From assembly GCA_045119215.1 (NCBI GenBank), contig JBGVDD010000098.1:33632-97631 (forward strand): DNA of 64,000 nt, written 5' to 3'. How positions within the stretch are numbered: position 1 is the stretch's first letter; each line of letters starts with the position of its first letter. Positions 18,321 to 28,036 of this stretch are shown piece by piece. The position numbers and the translations under genes were made by a program. The notes under the pieces are model-generated. The model did not search any database and was not told the DNA's origin. It saw only the letters and a list, made by a program, of their open reading frames with translations. The DNA is from Lachnospiraceae bacterium. Lineage in GTDB: Bacteria; Bacillota; Clostridia; Lachnospirales; Lachnospiraceae.

Positions 18321-19757
18321 ATGAAGGGTTTCGATGAAGTGTTTCACAGCCTTAGATTGCGTATCTTTTTTGTGGTACTGCTGGTGGGAATGATACCCGC
18401 ACTTTGTATCAAGGCAGGGATTCTCAAATCATACGAGGAGTGGGCTATCTCTGGTAGAAAGATTGAGATTCAGTCTCAGTGTAATAGTATATCCAATCAA
18501 TTACTCAGTGAAAATTATTTGTTTGATGGGAATTCAGAAAGAATTAATGCAGAATTATCCCAGTTGTCCAACATCTATGATGGAAGAATTATCATTGTGG
18601 ACAGTGGCTTGAAAATTGTGGGAGATACCTATCATACAGATGAGGGAAAAACATTGATTGCCCCAGAAGTAATACAGTGTTTTCAAGGGCATAATACGGA
18701 TAATTATGATGATAATGCAGGATATTTGGAGATGACCATTCCTATCATAAATAATGTGGGAGGAAGCGGACAGGAAATCTGTGGAATCATGTGTGTGAAT
18801 GTGTCCACGGACAGCATTCATTCTACAATAGAGCAGCTAAAGCTGAAGTTAGATTTACTGGTATTAATTTTTGCTGTTGTTGTGATTGTGGTGGCAGTGC
18901 TGTTTTCCAGATCTGTTACGGTGCCGTTTAAGAAAATGACGGATTCAATAGCAGAATGGGGAGAAGAGGTAGATGAAAAAACCATTGTAAAAACTATGAC
19001 AGAATATTCAGAAACACACTTGATAGCAGAATCTTTTGCAAAACTTCTTGGAAAGATGAAAAGTGTGGATAAAGCCAGACAGGAATTTGTTTCTAATGTG
19101 AGTCATGAGTTGAAAACTCCCCTGACATCTATGAAGGTATTGGCAGATTCCTTGATTTCCATGGGGGATGCCCCAGCAGAGATGTATCGTGAATTTATGA
19201 CAGATATGTCAGAAGAAATTGACAGAGAAAATAAGATTATCAATGATTTGCTGTCATTGGTGAAGTTAGATAAGACAGAAGCAAAACCAGTGATACAAAA
19301 TATGTCCATTAATCATGTGATTGAGCTGATTATGAAACGATTAAAGCCAATTGCCCAGAAGAGAAATATTGAGTTGGTGTATCAAAGTATGCGCCATGTA
19401 ACTGCGGACATTGACGAAGTGAAATTTACGCTGGCTATCTCAAATCTTGTGGAAAATGCAATTAAATACAATAAAGATGATGGTTGGGTGCATGTGATGC
19501 TGAATGCAGATCATAAGGATATGTATATTACGATCGAGGACTCGGGTATCGGTATTCCTAATGATTGTCTTGACGATATTTTTGAACGATTTTATCGGGT
19601 AGATAAATCTCATTCCAGAGAAATTGGCGGTACCGGCCTGGGACTTGCCATTACGAAAAATGCAATATTGATGCACCACGGAACAGTAAAAGTTACCAGT
19701 AAGGAAGGGGAAGGGACCAAGTTTGTAGTGAGAGTTCCTTTGTCCTATATTGAGTAA
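18321..19757 (+). CDS. sensor histidine kinase (two TM segments, extracytoplasmic sensor, HisKA + HATPase_c)
   Basis: H-box FVSNVSHELKTPLTS, N-box NAIKYN, G-boxes EDSGIGI and GTGLGLAI. Confidence 0.9.
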   Translation: MKGFDEVFHSLRLRIFFVVLLVGMIPALCIKAGILKSYEEWAISGRKIEIQSQCNSISNQLLSENYLFDGNSERINAELSQLSNIYDGRIIIVDSGLKIVGDTYHTDEGKTLIAPEVIQCFQGHNTDNYDDNAGYLEMTIPIINNVGGSGQEICGIMCVNVSTDSIHSTIEQLKLKLDLLVLIFAVVVIVVAVLFSRSVTVPFKKMTDSIAEWGEEVDEKTIVKTMTEYSETHLIAESFAKLLGKMKSVDKARQEFVSNVSHELKTPLTSMKVLADSLISMGDAPAEMYREFMTDMSEEIDRENKIINDLLSLVKLDKTEAKPVIQNMSINHVIELIMKRLKPIAQKRNIELVYQSMRHVTADIDEVKFTLAISNLVENAIKYNKDDGWVHVMLNADHKDMYITIEDSGIGIPNDCLDDIFERFYRVDKSHSREIGGTGLGLAITKNAILMHHGTVKVTSKEGEGTKFVVRVPLSYIE

Positions 19758-19771
19758 GGTGGTGCTGGAAG

Positions 19772-20752
19772 ATGAAGAAAATGAAAAGATATCATAATTT
19801 CACATGTTTTAAAAAAATTATGGCGCTCTTGTGTTGTGTGTGTGTGTCACTTGTGGGGACAGGATGCAATGCAGGAAACGTTGTAGAAGTACAACCTCAG
19901 TTAGAGGACGGTCAGGTAAATATTTACTATCTAAGTAATGTTACCTGTACGCTGGAAAACAGGGTATACAATACCACCACTACAGATGTGGATTCTATGC
20001 TTAAGGAACTATTTAATAAACTAGTGGAGCAGCCCAATGATATAGGGTTGAAGTCGGCGATTCCAGAAGAGGTGGAATTACTAAGTTATCAGATAGAAAA
20101 TAAACTGCTTACGCTGTATTTTTCCGATGAATACTATGATATGAATTCTGTGGACGAAGTGCTTTGCAGGGCAGCGGTGGTGAAAACCCTGTTGCAAGTG
20201 AAAGGAATTAGTGGCATTGAATTTGTTATTAGTAATCAGCCTTTGGTAGACAAGGCGGGGTATACAGTGGGACTTATGACAGAAGATACCTTCTTAGATA
20301 ATATGGGATCTGATATTGATTCTTTCCAAAAGACAGAGTTAAATTTATACTTTAGCAACATGGAAGGAACAGGTCTGGTCCTTGTGAAGAGAACCCTTTC
20401 TTATAATACCAATATCGCCATAGAAAAATTAATCGTAGAGCAGCTGCTAAAGGGTGTGGATTCCCAAGATGGCCTGGGAGTAGTGAAATCTGCACTGCCA
20501 TCCAATGCCAGACTTTTAAGTTTATATGTGAAAGATAGTGTATGCTATGTAAATTTTGATGAAAATTTTGTAAATCAGACAACCAACGTAGAAGAAGAGG
20601 TGATGATTTATTCTTTGGTAAATTCTCTGACAGAGTTAGCCAGTGTTACCAAGGTTCAGATATCAATCAATGGAAATTCAAACAGGATGTTTCGGGAGAA
20701 AGTAAATTTAAATACTATGTTTGAGAGAAATGAAAAATATATTCTACAGTAA
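19772..20752 (+). CDS. gerM: GerMN-domain lipoprotein (GerM-like)
   Basis: Lipobox LVGTGC. Two GerMN-like halves (LYFSD.., VCYVNFDENF). Confidence 0.7.
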   Translation: MKKMKRYHNFTCFKKIMALLCCVCVSLVGTGCNAGNVVEVQPQLEDGQVNIYYLSNVTCTLENRVYNTTTTDVDSMLKELFNKLVEQPNDIGLKSAIPEEVELLSYQIENKLLTLYFSDEYYDMNSVDEVLCRAAVVKTLLQVKGISGIEFVISNQPLVDKAGYTVGLMTEDTFLDNMGSDIDSFQKTELNLYFSNMEGTGLVLVKRTLSYNTNIAIEKLIVEQLLKGVDSQDGLGVVKSALPSNARLLSLYVKDSVCYVNFDENFVNQTTNVEEEVMIYSLVNSLTELASVTKVQISINGNSNRMFREKVNLNTMFERNEKYILQ

Positions 20753-20805
20753 TTTATTTGATGCCTCCACTTAGGTGGGGGCATAGAAATTAGGGAGGGA
20801 ATAAA

Positions 20806-23043
20806 ATGAAGGGGAGACCAATGTGTATTCTTGCCATTGGCATCATTGGGTTGATTTTACTGACTACCATACAGGGGGTTCTTGCCAATGATGTGTTAAA
20901 TCAAAAAGAAAGGTGGATACCGGACAATTCGGAGGAAGTTTTTTATGGCCGGGTAATAAAAAAGCAACCGGCAAAGGGAAAAATAAATCTGATAGTTAGA
21001 GAACAACGAAGTTTAAATATTCTAGTATATATTCAAGAAGATTCATGTCAAATCGGTGACAAAATAAAAATCCAAGGTACAATTTACAGACTACAGAATA
21101 AGAGAAATCAGGGAATGTTTCATCAGGCACTATATATGAAATCTCTTAATATTGATTATACCTGTAGTGGGAAGACAATAGAAGTGATAGAAAAAAACAA
21201 GCAAATATTCAATACCTATAAAGAGGATATCTTTAAATTGCGAATGAAAAGCTACAAAAAATTGTTCCAGGTTTTTCCCGAAAAAATTGCAGGTATTCTA
21301 GGAGGGATGATTTTAGGTGACAGAGGAGGAATGGATGAGGAGACCAAAACATTATATCAGCAAGCGGGAATTCTGCATTTGATCAGCATTTCCGGATTAC
21401 ATATTACTTTCTTAGGAATTTCATTGTATCATTTTATGAGAAAATTTCTGGGATTCTTAGGCAGTGGTCTGATTACTGCTGGATTCCTAGGAAGTTATTT
21501 GCTGTTTTGTGGTGGAAGTATTTCTGCTATGCGGGCGGTGTTGATGTCTATGATAATGATTGTGGGATGGTACCTGGGAAGAACCTATGACTTATTAAGT
21601 GCCATTTCAATTGGGGCAATCCTGATTCTTCTAAAATATCCCTATCAGATATATCAGTGTGGATTTTTATTGTCTTTTGGAGCAGTGCTGGGGATTTGTT
21701 TGGTTTCAAAACAGTTGACGGATAGTTTTGTGTTTGTCTCTACAAGTGAAAAGGGAGTAGGGAATAAGATAAAGCAGGCGGTGCTTACAAATCTTGGAAT
21801 ACAGCTTACCACCTGCCCCATAATTTTATATTTTTATTTTGAGATACCCATGTATGGACTGATTTTAAATCTTCTTTTTATACCGTTTATGAGTTTGATA
21901 TTATTATCGGGAATTTTAGGAATGGTGGCGGGGTTTTGTTCTGTGAGCCCGGGAACTTTTCTGGGTGGAGTAGCGGTGGTATTTCTCAGGGGATATGAAG
22001 GTATGGCTGAATTTAGTGTATCCCTGCCTTATGCAAGACTTCGTTTGGGACAACCTAGGTTGGGAAGTATTCTGATTTATTATCTGTGTCTGGCTATTAG
22101 CATGTATTGTCTTTATAGAATCAATCAACGTAAGTATAATATGATAGCAGGGGAAAAGGAAATCCTGAAAATGACAGATTCTTATGATAGATTCAAGTGG
22201 ATGTGTATGATTTTAATGGTGGTAGCTTTTTCCGTATTAATCTATCATCCGCCGAAAGAACTTAATATTACCATGCTGGATGTTGGACAGGGAGATGCTA
22301 CAGTCATAGAAAGGAAGCATCAGGTATATCTGGTGGATGGAGGAAGTACAGACGTTTCAAAGGTGGGGAAGTACAGAATGATACCCTATTTGAAATCACA
22401 AGGAATTTGTGTTATTGACGGTATTTTTATATCCCATATGGATAATGACCACATTTCAGGATTAAAAGAGCTGATGAAAGAGGGGGAAAAGGGAGAATTT
22501 TTCATAAAAAAGATATATTTACCTTATTTAGAAAATAAAGATGAAGATTATCTGGAAATAGAAGAAATAGGAAAAAAATTGGGGATTGATGTTGTATACT
22601 TAAAAAGAGGGATGAAACTGACTAAGACAGGACTGGAATTTAGGATACTACAGCCAAAGGAGGGAAGTGTATATTCTGGTAAAAATGAGGGGTCTATGGT
22701 TTTTACCTTGGTATATCAAAATTTTTCAATGCTTTTTACCGGGGATATGGAGGGTGTAGGAGAGGTAGAATTGTTAGAACCAGGGGTTTTACATAAAATC
22801 AATGTTTTAAAGGTGGCCCATCATGGCTCAGAATACACTACTTCAGAGGAAATGTTAGAAAGGCTTCAGCCAAAGATTTCATTGATTTCCTGTGGAGAGG
22901 GCAATCGATATGGTCATCCTCATGAAAATCTGATTCACCGTCTGGAGAAAGTCAATAGCAATCAATATATCACTACCCGTCATGGAGCCATATCCTTAGA
23001 GTATAGGAACAACAGAGTGAAGGTAAACACATTTGTGCAATAA
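20806..23043 (+). CDS. comEC: DNA internalisation competence protein ComEC/Rec2 (with metallo-beta-lactamase domain)
   Basis: Polytopic competence domain (GILHLISISGLH). C-terminal MBL motifs LDVGQGDA, SHMDNDH and AHHGS. Confidence 0.9.
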   Translation: MKGRPMCILAIGIIGLILLTTIQGVLANDVLNQKERWIPDNSEEVFYGRVIKKQPAKGKINLIVREQRSLNILVYIQEDSCQIGDKIKIQGTIYRLQNKRNQGMFHQALYMKSLNIDYTCSGKTIEVIEKNKQIFNTYKEDIFKLRMKSYKKLFQVFPEKIAGILGGMILGDRGGMDEETKTLYQQAGILHLISISGLHITFLGISLYHFMRKFLGFLGSGLITAGFLGSYLLFCGGSISAMRAVLMSMIMIVGWYLGRTYDLLSAISIGAILILLKYPYQIYQCGFLLSFGAVLGICLVSKQLTDSFVFVSTSEKGVGNKIKQAVLTNLGIQLTTCPIILYFYFEIPMYGLILNLLFIPFMSLILLSGILGMVAGFCSVSPGTFLGGVAVVFLRGYEGMAEFSVSLPYARLRLGQPRLGSILIYYLCLAISMYCLYRINQRKYNMIAGEKEILKMTDSYDRFKWMCMILMVVAFSVLIYHPPKELNITMLDVGQGDATVIERKHQVYLVDGGSTDVSKVGKYRMIPYLKSQGICVIDGIFISHMDNDHISGLKELMKEGEKGEFFIKKIYLPYLENKDEDYLEIEEIGKKLGIDVVYLKRGMKLTKTGLEFRILQPKEGSVYSGKNEGSMVFTLVYQNFSMLFTGDMEGVGEVELLEPGVLHKINVLKVAHHGSEYTTSEEMLERLQPKISLISCGEGNRYGHPHENLIHRLEKVNSNQYITTRHGAISLEYRNNRVKVNTFVQ

Positions 23044-23160
23044 ATTTCTATTTTTTAAATATAGTTTAAGATTTTGTTTGGAATTTATGAAAAAGAAAAT
23101 ATCCGCATTGAAAAAGGGGAGAAAAGGTGTTAGAATGTGTTAGTTGTCAAAGGGTGCATT

Positions 23161-23230
23161 CATTTTGTGACGAAGGTCAGTGCAGTAAATGCACAGACCT
23201 GCCTGAATTGTTACGAAGGTCACAAATGTT
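23161..23230 (+). repeat. partial, diverged copy of the multi-hairpin repeat family
   Basis: ggtcagtgca-gtaaa-tgcacagacc (23175-23199) followed by ctgaattgttacgaa matches the ggtctcagca-gtaaa-tgctgagacc..ctgaacagttacgaa module of 63503-63546. Paired substitutions keep the stem intact. Confidence 0.6.
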
Positions 23231-23263
23231 CTGTGCCAAATCATGAAAATGGAGCAGATGCTT

Positions 23264-24253
23264 ATGAAGGGTCTAAACGAGGATATTAAAACAGGAAATT
23301 TAAGACAGATTTATCTTTTGTGTGGGGAGGAAGAATATCTTAAAAAAGTTTACAAAGAGAAACTAAGAAATGCTTTTGTGGATAAAGATGATACCATGAA
23401 TTACAATTATTTTTCGGGGAAAAATATCTCCTTGGATGAGGTGATAGCTATGGCAGATACCATGCCATTTTTTGCTGAGAGAAGGTTGATTGTGATTCAG
23501 GATTCAGGGTTGTTTAAATCCTCCAATGAGTTAGGAGAATATTTAAAAAAACTCCCTCCAACCACCTGTATGGTTTTTGTGGAATCAGAGATAGATAAGA
23601 GGAATAAATTATACAAAACAGTAAAAGACAAGGGGCGAATCGTGGAACTTGGCAGACAAAATGCCAATACACTGACTACCTGGGTGCTGTCAAAACTAAA
23701 AGCAGAGAAGAAAAACATAACCAGGGATGCTATGGAACTCTTTTTTACCAGGACAGGGGATGATATGGAACATATTGAGAAGGAATTAGAAAAGCTGGTT
23801 TGTTATTGCATGGAAAAAGATGTGATAGAGAGACAAGATGTAGAACAGATATGTACCATTACAGTAACTAATAAGATTTTTGATATGATTACCTTCATTG
23901 CAGAGCATAAAAAGGAAAAAGCGTTGGCTTTGTATTATGATTTGTTATCACTGAAGGAACCTCCTATGAGAATTTTATTTTTGATAGCAAGACAGTTTAA
24001 TCTATTGTTGCAAGTGAAAGAATTGATTCATCTAGGAAAAGGTCAGGCAGAGATTGCAGGAAAAGTTTCACTGGCACCATTTATTGCAAAGAAATATATG
24101 GCACAGTCTGCAGGATTTTCCAGTGAACAGTTAAGAAGTGCCATAGAGCATTGCGTCAGTGTAGAAGAAGCGGTAAAACAAGGGAGAATGAACGATAAAA
24201 TCGGTGTAGAAATTCTGATAGTAAAATACAGTGAGGATGTAAAAAGAGGATAG
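23264..24253 (+). CDS. holA: DNA polymerase III delta subunit
   Basis: The ORF opens at 23243. The ATG at 23264 lies 9 nt after GGAG. N-terminal IYLLCGEEEYL and overall pattern are typical of HolA. Confidence 0.8.
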   Translation: MKGLNEDIKTGNLRQIYLLCGEEEYLKKVYKEKLRNAFVDKDDTMNYNYFSGKNISLDEVIAMADTMPFFAERRLIVIQDSGLFKSSNELGEYLKKLPPTTCMVFVESEIDKRNKLYKTVKDKGRIVELGRQNANTLTTWVLSKLKAEKKNITRDAMELFFTRTGDDMEHIEKELEKLVCYCMEKDVIERQDVEQICTITVTNKIFDMITFIAEHKKEKALALYYDLLSLKEPPMRILFLIARQFNLLLQVKELIHLGKGQAEIAGKVSLAPFIAKKYMAQSAGFSSEQLRSAIEHCVSVEEAVKQGRMNDKIGVEILIVKYSEDVKRG

Positions 24254-24257
24254 CATT

Positions 24258-24974
24258 ATGGAAAGGAACAGATTAAAAGCAAAAGAGGATATCTTATTTC
24301 AGACAGAAGAACTGATTCAGGCAATTTCTCAGGCAGATGTGGAGCGTTGTAACCAGGCTAGAAAGAAAATATTGGAGAATGCAGATATTATATTTGAAAA
24401 GGAAGAGGATAAATTAAATGCATATAAGATTGTAGCTGCCTCTTATAAGGGGGCTTACAATCAGGCAGAAGCTTTGCCGATAGTGAAAAAGATTGTGCGT
24501 ATTGTAAGGGAAATTTATCCCAAGAATTCACCGGAACAAATCGAAGCTTATGATATGTTGGCTTACACCTATCTTGCAGCAGGAAAGTGTGAAAATGCAT
24601 TGAAAATGGCAGAGCAATTGTTGGAATTCTATAATAGAAAGTATGGAACAGGGGATAAAAAGACTCTGGGCATGCTTGCATTGTGCGGTAAAATAAATTG
24701 GAATATGGGTGAATTTCATGAAGGAGCCAGTCTGATTGAAAGAGCTTTTCACACTGCTTTGGAAAATTATGGAGAAAGGGATAAAGATACCTTGAATTAT
24801 AAAAGAGAGCTGGCAATGTGTAAGCTGTATTTTGGAAAAATAAGAGAGGCGTATGAAGAAATGAATCTAGTTTATGAAGTGGCTTTGGAGGAGTATGGAG
24901 AAAACCATACGTTGACTTTGAAGGCATCTCAGAACCTATTGACAATAGGGAAAGAATTAGAAGCATTGTTGTAA
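24258..24974 (+). CDS. tetratricopeptide-repeat protein
   Basis: Several TPR_12-like repeats (AYDMLAYTYLAAGKCENALKMAEQLLEFY, LNYKRELAMCKLYFGKIREAYEE). Confidence 0.6.
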   Translation: MERNRLKAKEDILFQTEELIQAISQADVERCNQARKKILENADIIFEKEEDKLNAYKIVAASYKGAYNQAEALPIVKKIVRIVREIYPKNSPEQIEAYDMLAYTYLAAGKCENALKMAEQLLEFYNRKYGTGDKKTLGMLALCGKINWNMGEFHEGASLIERAFHTALENYGERDKDTLNYKRELAMCKLYFGKIREAYEEMNLVYEVALEEYGENHTLTLKASQNLLTIGKELEALL

Positions 24975-24983
24975 GGAGGCAAA

Positions 24984-26009
24984 ATGAAAATGAAGATATT
25001 GTCAGTGGCGGTGCCCTGTTACAATTCACAAGCATATATGAGGAAAGCAATTGATTCCTTGTTGGTAGGTGGAGAAGAGGTAGAAATTATTATTGTAAAT
25101 GATGGCTCCACAGATAACACTTTGGATATAGCAAAGGAATATGAAGAGAAGTATCCTAGTATTGTAAAAGTAGTGGATCAGAAAAACGGAGGACATGGTG
25201 CAGCGGTAAATGCAGGATTAAAAAATGCTACTGGATTATTCTTTAAGGTGGTTGACAGCGATGACTGTGTGTCGGAACCTGCGTATCATAAAATAGTAAA
25301 CGTGCTGGAGGAAATCATACGAAAGGGTGACCGGCTGGACATGCTGATAAGTAATTTTATTTATGATAAACAGGGGGCGAAGCGCAAGAAGGTTATGCGA
25401 TATACCTCTGCCTTGCCGGAAAACCGCATTTTTACATGGAATGATGTGAAACATTTTCATAAGGGGCAGTATATTTTAATGCATTCTGTGATTTACCGTA
25501 CACAGATTTTGCGGGACTGTGGTTTAAACCTTCCGGAACACACTTTTTATGTGGATAACATTTTTGTGTTCCAACCACTTCCTTTTGTAAAGTATATGTA
25601 TTATCTGAATGAAAATTTTTATCGTTATTATATTGGCAGAGAGGATCAGTCTGTAAATGAGAAAGTGATGATTCGCAGAATTGACCAGCAGATTAAAGTG
25701 AATAAGTTGATGATTGATTACATGGACTTATCAAAGCTGCGGGGAAACAAAAAACTTTGTAACTACATGATTAGTTATCTGGATATTATTATGACAGTGT
25801 CTTCTATCATGTTGATAAAATCGGGAACAGATGAGAATTATGAAAAGAAAGTAGAGTTGTGGCATTATCTTCATAAGCATGATAAAGCCCTTTATTGGAA
25901 AATACGATGTGGAATTTTGGGACGGTATATGAATCTTCCGGGAAAAGGTGGCAGACAGGTGTCAGTGGTTGGATATAAGATTATGCAGAAATTTTTTGGA
26001 TTTAACTAA
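24984..26009 (+). CDS. family 2 glycosyltransferase
   Basis: LSVAVPCYNSQAYM, IIIVNDGSTDNT and VVDSDD (the DxD motif). Confidence 0.85.
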   Translation: MKMKILSVAVPCYNSQAYMRKAIDSLLVGGEEVEIIIVNDGSTDNTLDIAKEYEEKYPSIVKVVDQKNGGHGAAVNAGLKNATGLFFKVVDSDDCVSEPAYHKIVNVLEEIIRKGDRLDMLISNFIYDKQGAKRKKVMRYTSALPENRIFTWNDVKHFHKGQYILMHSVIYRTQILRDCGLNLPEHTFYVDNIFVFQPLPFVKYMYYLNENFYRYYIGREDQSVNEKVMIRRIDQQIKVNKLMIDYMDLSKLRGNKKLCNYMISYLDIIMTVSSIMLIKSGTDENYEKKVELWHYLHKHDKALYWKIRCGILGRYMNLPGKGGRQVSVVGYKIMQKFFGFN

Positions 26010-26023
26010 TCCTTAGTACTTTA

Positions 26024-26069
26024 AAAGTCAAAATAAAAAGTGCCAAAAGGCACTTTTTATTTTGACTTT
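26024..26069. terminator. bidirectional intrinsic terminator (long stem)
   Basis: aaagtcaaaataaaaagtgcc / ggcactttttattttgacttt with loop aaaa. Lies between convergent genes. Confidence 0.8.
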
Positions 26070-26077
26070 ATCTGTTT

Positions 26078-26764
26078 TTAATTTTGGTTTGGATTACCAT
26101 AGTCCACCTGTTCATGGGAAACTTCAGCAGATGAAGCAAAGAGTTCTTTTCTATATACCAAAGGGTACATAACACAGCACAGTATAATGGCAGTTATCAC
26201 ATCAAACATGGAATGCTGTTTTAAAAATACAGTGGACATACAGATAGATATCATTAATCCAAAGGACAGGGCTTGTATGCCCTTATGTTTCTTTAATGTT
26301 TTTGAATGTCTTACCGCCATGTGGGTTCCAATGGAATTGTAGACATGTATGCTGGGAAATAGGTTGGTGGCGGTATCCGTAGCATACAAAGCTTTTACCC
26401 ATTGGGTAAAAATAGAATTGTCAGTGAATACTTCCGGCCTTAAATGGTGACCATTAGGATAAATCGTTGACACAATCAAGAAAATTGTCATACCCGTAAA
26501 AAGGAAGGTACAATTTCTTCTAAATTCAGGTGCACTGACAAAAAATTCATAAACAATCACCGCCGAAACGTATAAAAACCATAAAAAATAGGGAATGACA
26601 AATACAGAAAGAAATGGTATTTTATCATCGATATCCATATGTACCACATGATAGTCCGTTACATTTTTCTCCAGGTAAATAAACCAGGGCAGATACAGTA
26701 GTGCATAGGAAAACCATATTGCATGGCTATATTTTTTACAGAGGGTTCGAAGTTTTTGTTTCAT
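26078..26764 (-). CDS. PAP2-superfamily membrane protein
   Basis: Six hydrophobic segments. FPSIHV and KQHSMFDV resemble PAP2 motifs C2 and C3. Confidence 0.6.
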   Translation of the reverse strand: MKQKLRTLCKKYSHAIWFSYALLYLPWFIYLEKNVTDYHVVHMDIDDKIPFLSVFVIPYFLWFLYVSAVIVYEFFVSAPEFRRNCTFLFTGMTIFLIVSTIYPNGHHLRPEVFTDNSIFTQWVKALYATDTATNLFPSIHVYNSIGTHMAVRHSKTLKKHKGIQALSFGLMISICMSTVFLKQHSMFDVITAIILCCVMYPLVYRKELFASSAEVSHEQVDYGNPNQN

Positions 26765-26903
26765 GAGAGTTCCTCCTTATATAAATTCTAACCTCAATTA
26801 GCTTTATTATTTTTTTTCGAAAAGGATTATAGCACAGCATTTTTTTAATAACAATCCTAAGATGAAAGAAATAAGAAAATATTAAGAAAAATATTATGCT
26901 TTG

Positions 26904-27788
26904 TTAATTTCCTTTTGGTTCTGATTTTGGTACCAGAAATCCTTCAAATATAAAAGAATGAAAGTATTTTTTTGCCTTTTCATAAGCTTTTGGAGAATCG
27001 ATGGTCCATGCAAAGGTAGAAGCGTGGAACAAGTAACGATTTAATAAAAAGCTAAGATTTTTGGTGTCAAGATAACAGTAGGATATAAAATCCGGACGCG
27101 CCAGTATATTAGTTAATAGATGTTTTACCAAAAAACATAGAAAATAGTTTGTGTCTGCTGCAGTACGGGTTAAATTTCCTGAAAGCTGTCCCCGGACAAT
27201 ATCCGGACGGTAAAGACGATACCAGAAAAGTGCCAGGGTGTTGAAGGATTCAATACAATAATCTCCATGATAATTCTTCAGTTCCTGGTTTACGATGCGA
27301 CAGGTTAGGGTAGAGAGTACAGGAAGCTTAATTTCCACAAGTAAGGGAACCTTTCCATTGACCAGTTGAAGTACCTCTGAAAACAGTGGGATTTTACAAT
27401 CACTGTTTAAAAGACTTAGCTGACAGAGCTCCCGGTATGTTTTTTCACGTACACATAAGTCGATACCACACATACGGCTTAGAGTGTTGTCATGAAAAAC
27501 TACCAATTTGTTGTCCTTGGTTAATTGTACATCTAGTTCGATTCCATAGCCTGCTTTCACTGCTTTTTCAAAGGCTTTTAAAGAATTTTCCGGAGCAGAA
27601 GGGGGTGAAAAGTGATTTTCTGTCCCCGGATGACTGGAAACAATTCTGGTAAACTCGTTGGAAAACAATCCGCGGTGGGCATAGTTTACATGGCAGAATT
27701 TTTGAACTTTTTTTCTTCGAGGGATTCTGGGAAAAATTAGTATAAAATATAGTAAAAGTATGGTTAGAAAAATCATTAGATATGTCAT
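26904..27788 (-). CDS. glycerophosphodiester phosphodiesterase family protein (membrane anchored)
   Basis: AHRG.., APENSLKAFEKAVKAGYGIELDVQLTKDNKLVVFHD. Confidence 0.85.
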   Translation of the reverse strand: MTYLMIFLTILLLYFILIFPRIPRRKKVQKFCHVNYAHRGLFSNEFTRIVSSHPGTENHFSPPSAPENSLKAFEKAVKAGYGIELDVQLTKDNKLVVFHDNTLSRMCGIDLCVREKTYRELCQLSLLNSDCKIPLFSEVLQLVNGKVPLLVEIKLPVLSTLTCRIVNQELKNYHGDYCIESFNTLALFWYRLYRPDIVRGQLSGNLTRTAADTNYFLCFLVKHLLTNILARPDFISYCYLDTKNLSFLLNRYLFHASTFAWTIDSPKAYEKAKKYFHSFIFEGFLVPKSEPKGN

Positions 27789-28036
27789 AGTACGCTCCTT
27801 TATCTTTCTGTTTGCTGTACAGCAGCAGGGTGTGGTATTTATTGTGTTTTTTGGTTTTTTATGGTTGCTATAATATGTTCATAGATTATCACAGAGGATT
27901 CTTAAATTCAATTAAAGTAAATAAAATTAAAAAAAATTTAAAAAAATAAAAAAATATTATAGTATTTTTGTAATAATGATGCTATAATACCGAACGTACA
28001 AATGTAAATACATAAAAGTAATTATGGTGAAAAGGA

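Noticed and set aside
20761-20784. Hairpin atgcctccac/gtgggggcat between gerM and comEC, considered as a terminator
   Set aside because: There is no T-run, and comEC starts 22 nt later with its own RBS. It is more likely incidental or an mRNA-processing structure, and the evidence is not enough to call it.
24388-25050. 220-aa antisense ORF
   Set aside because: It lies entirely opposite the well-supported TPR and GT2 genes. The sequence is low-complexity and Leu/Phe/Pro-rich, as expected from reading an AT-rich gene backwards.
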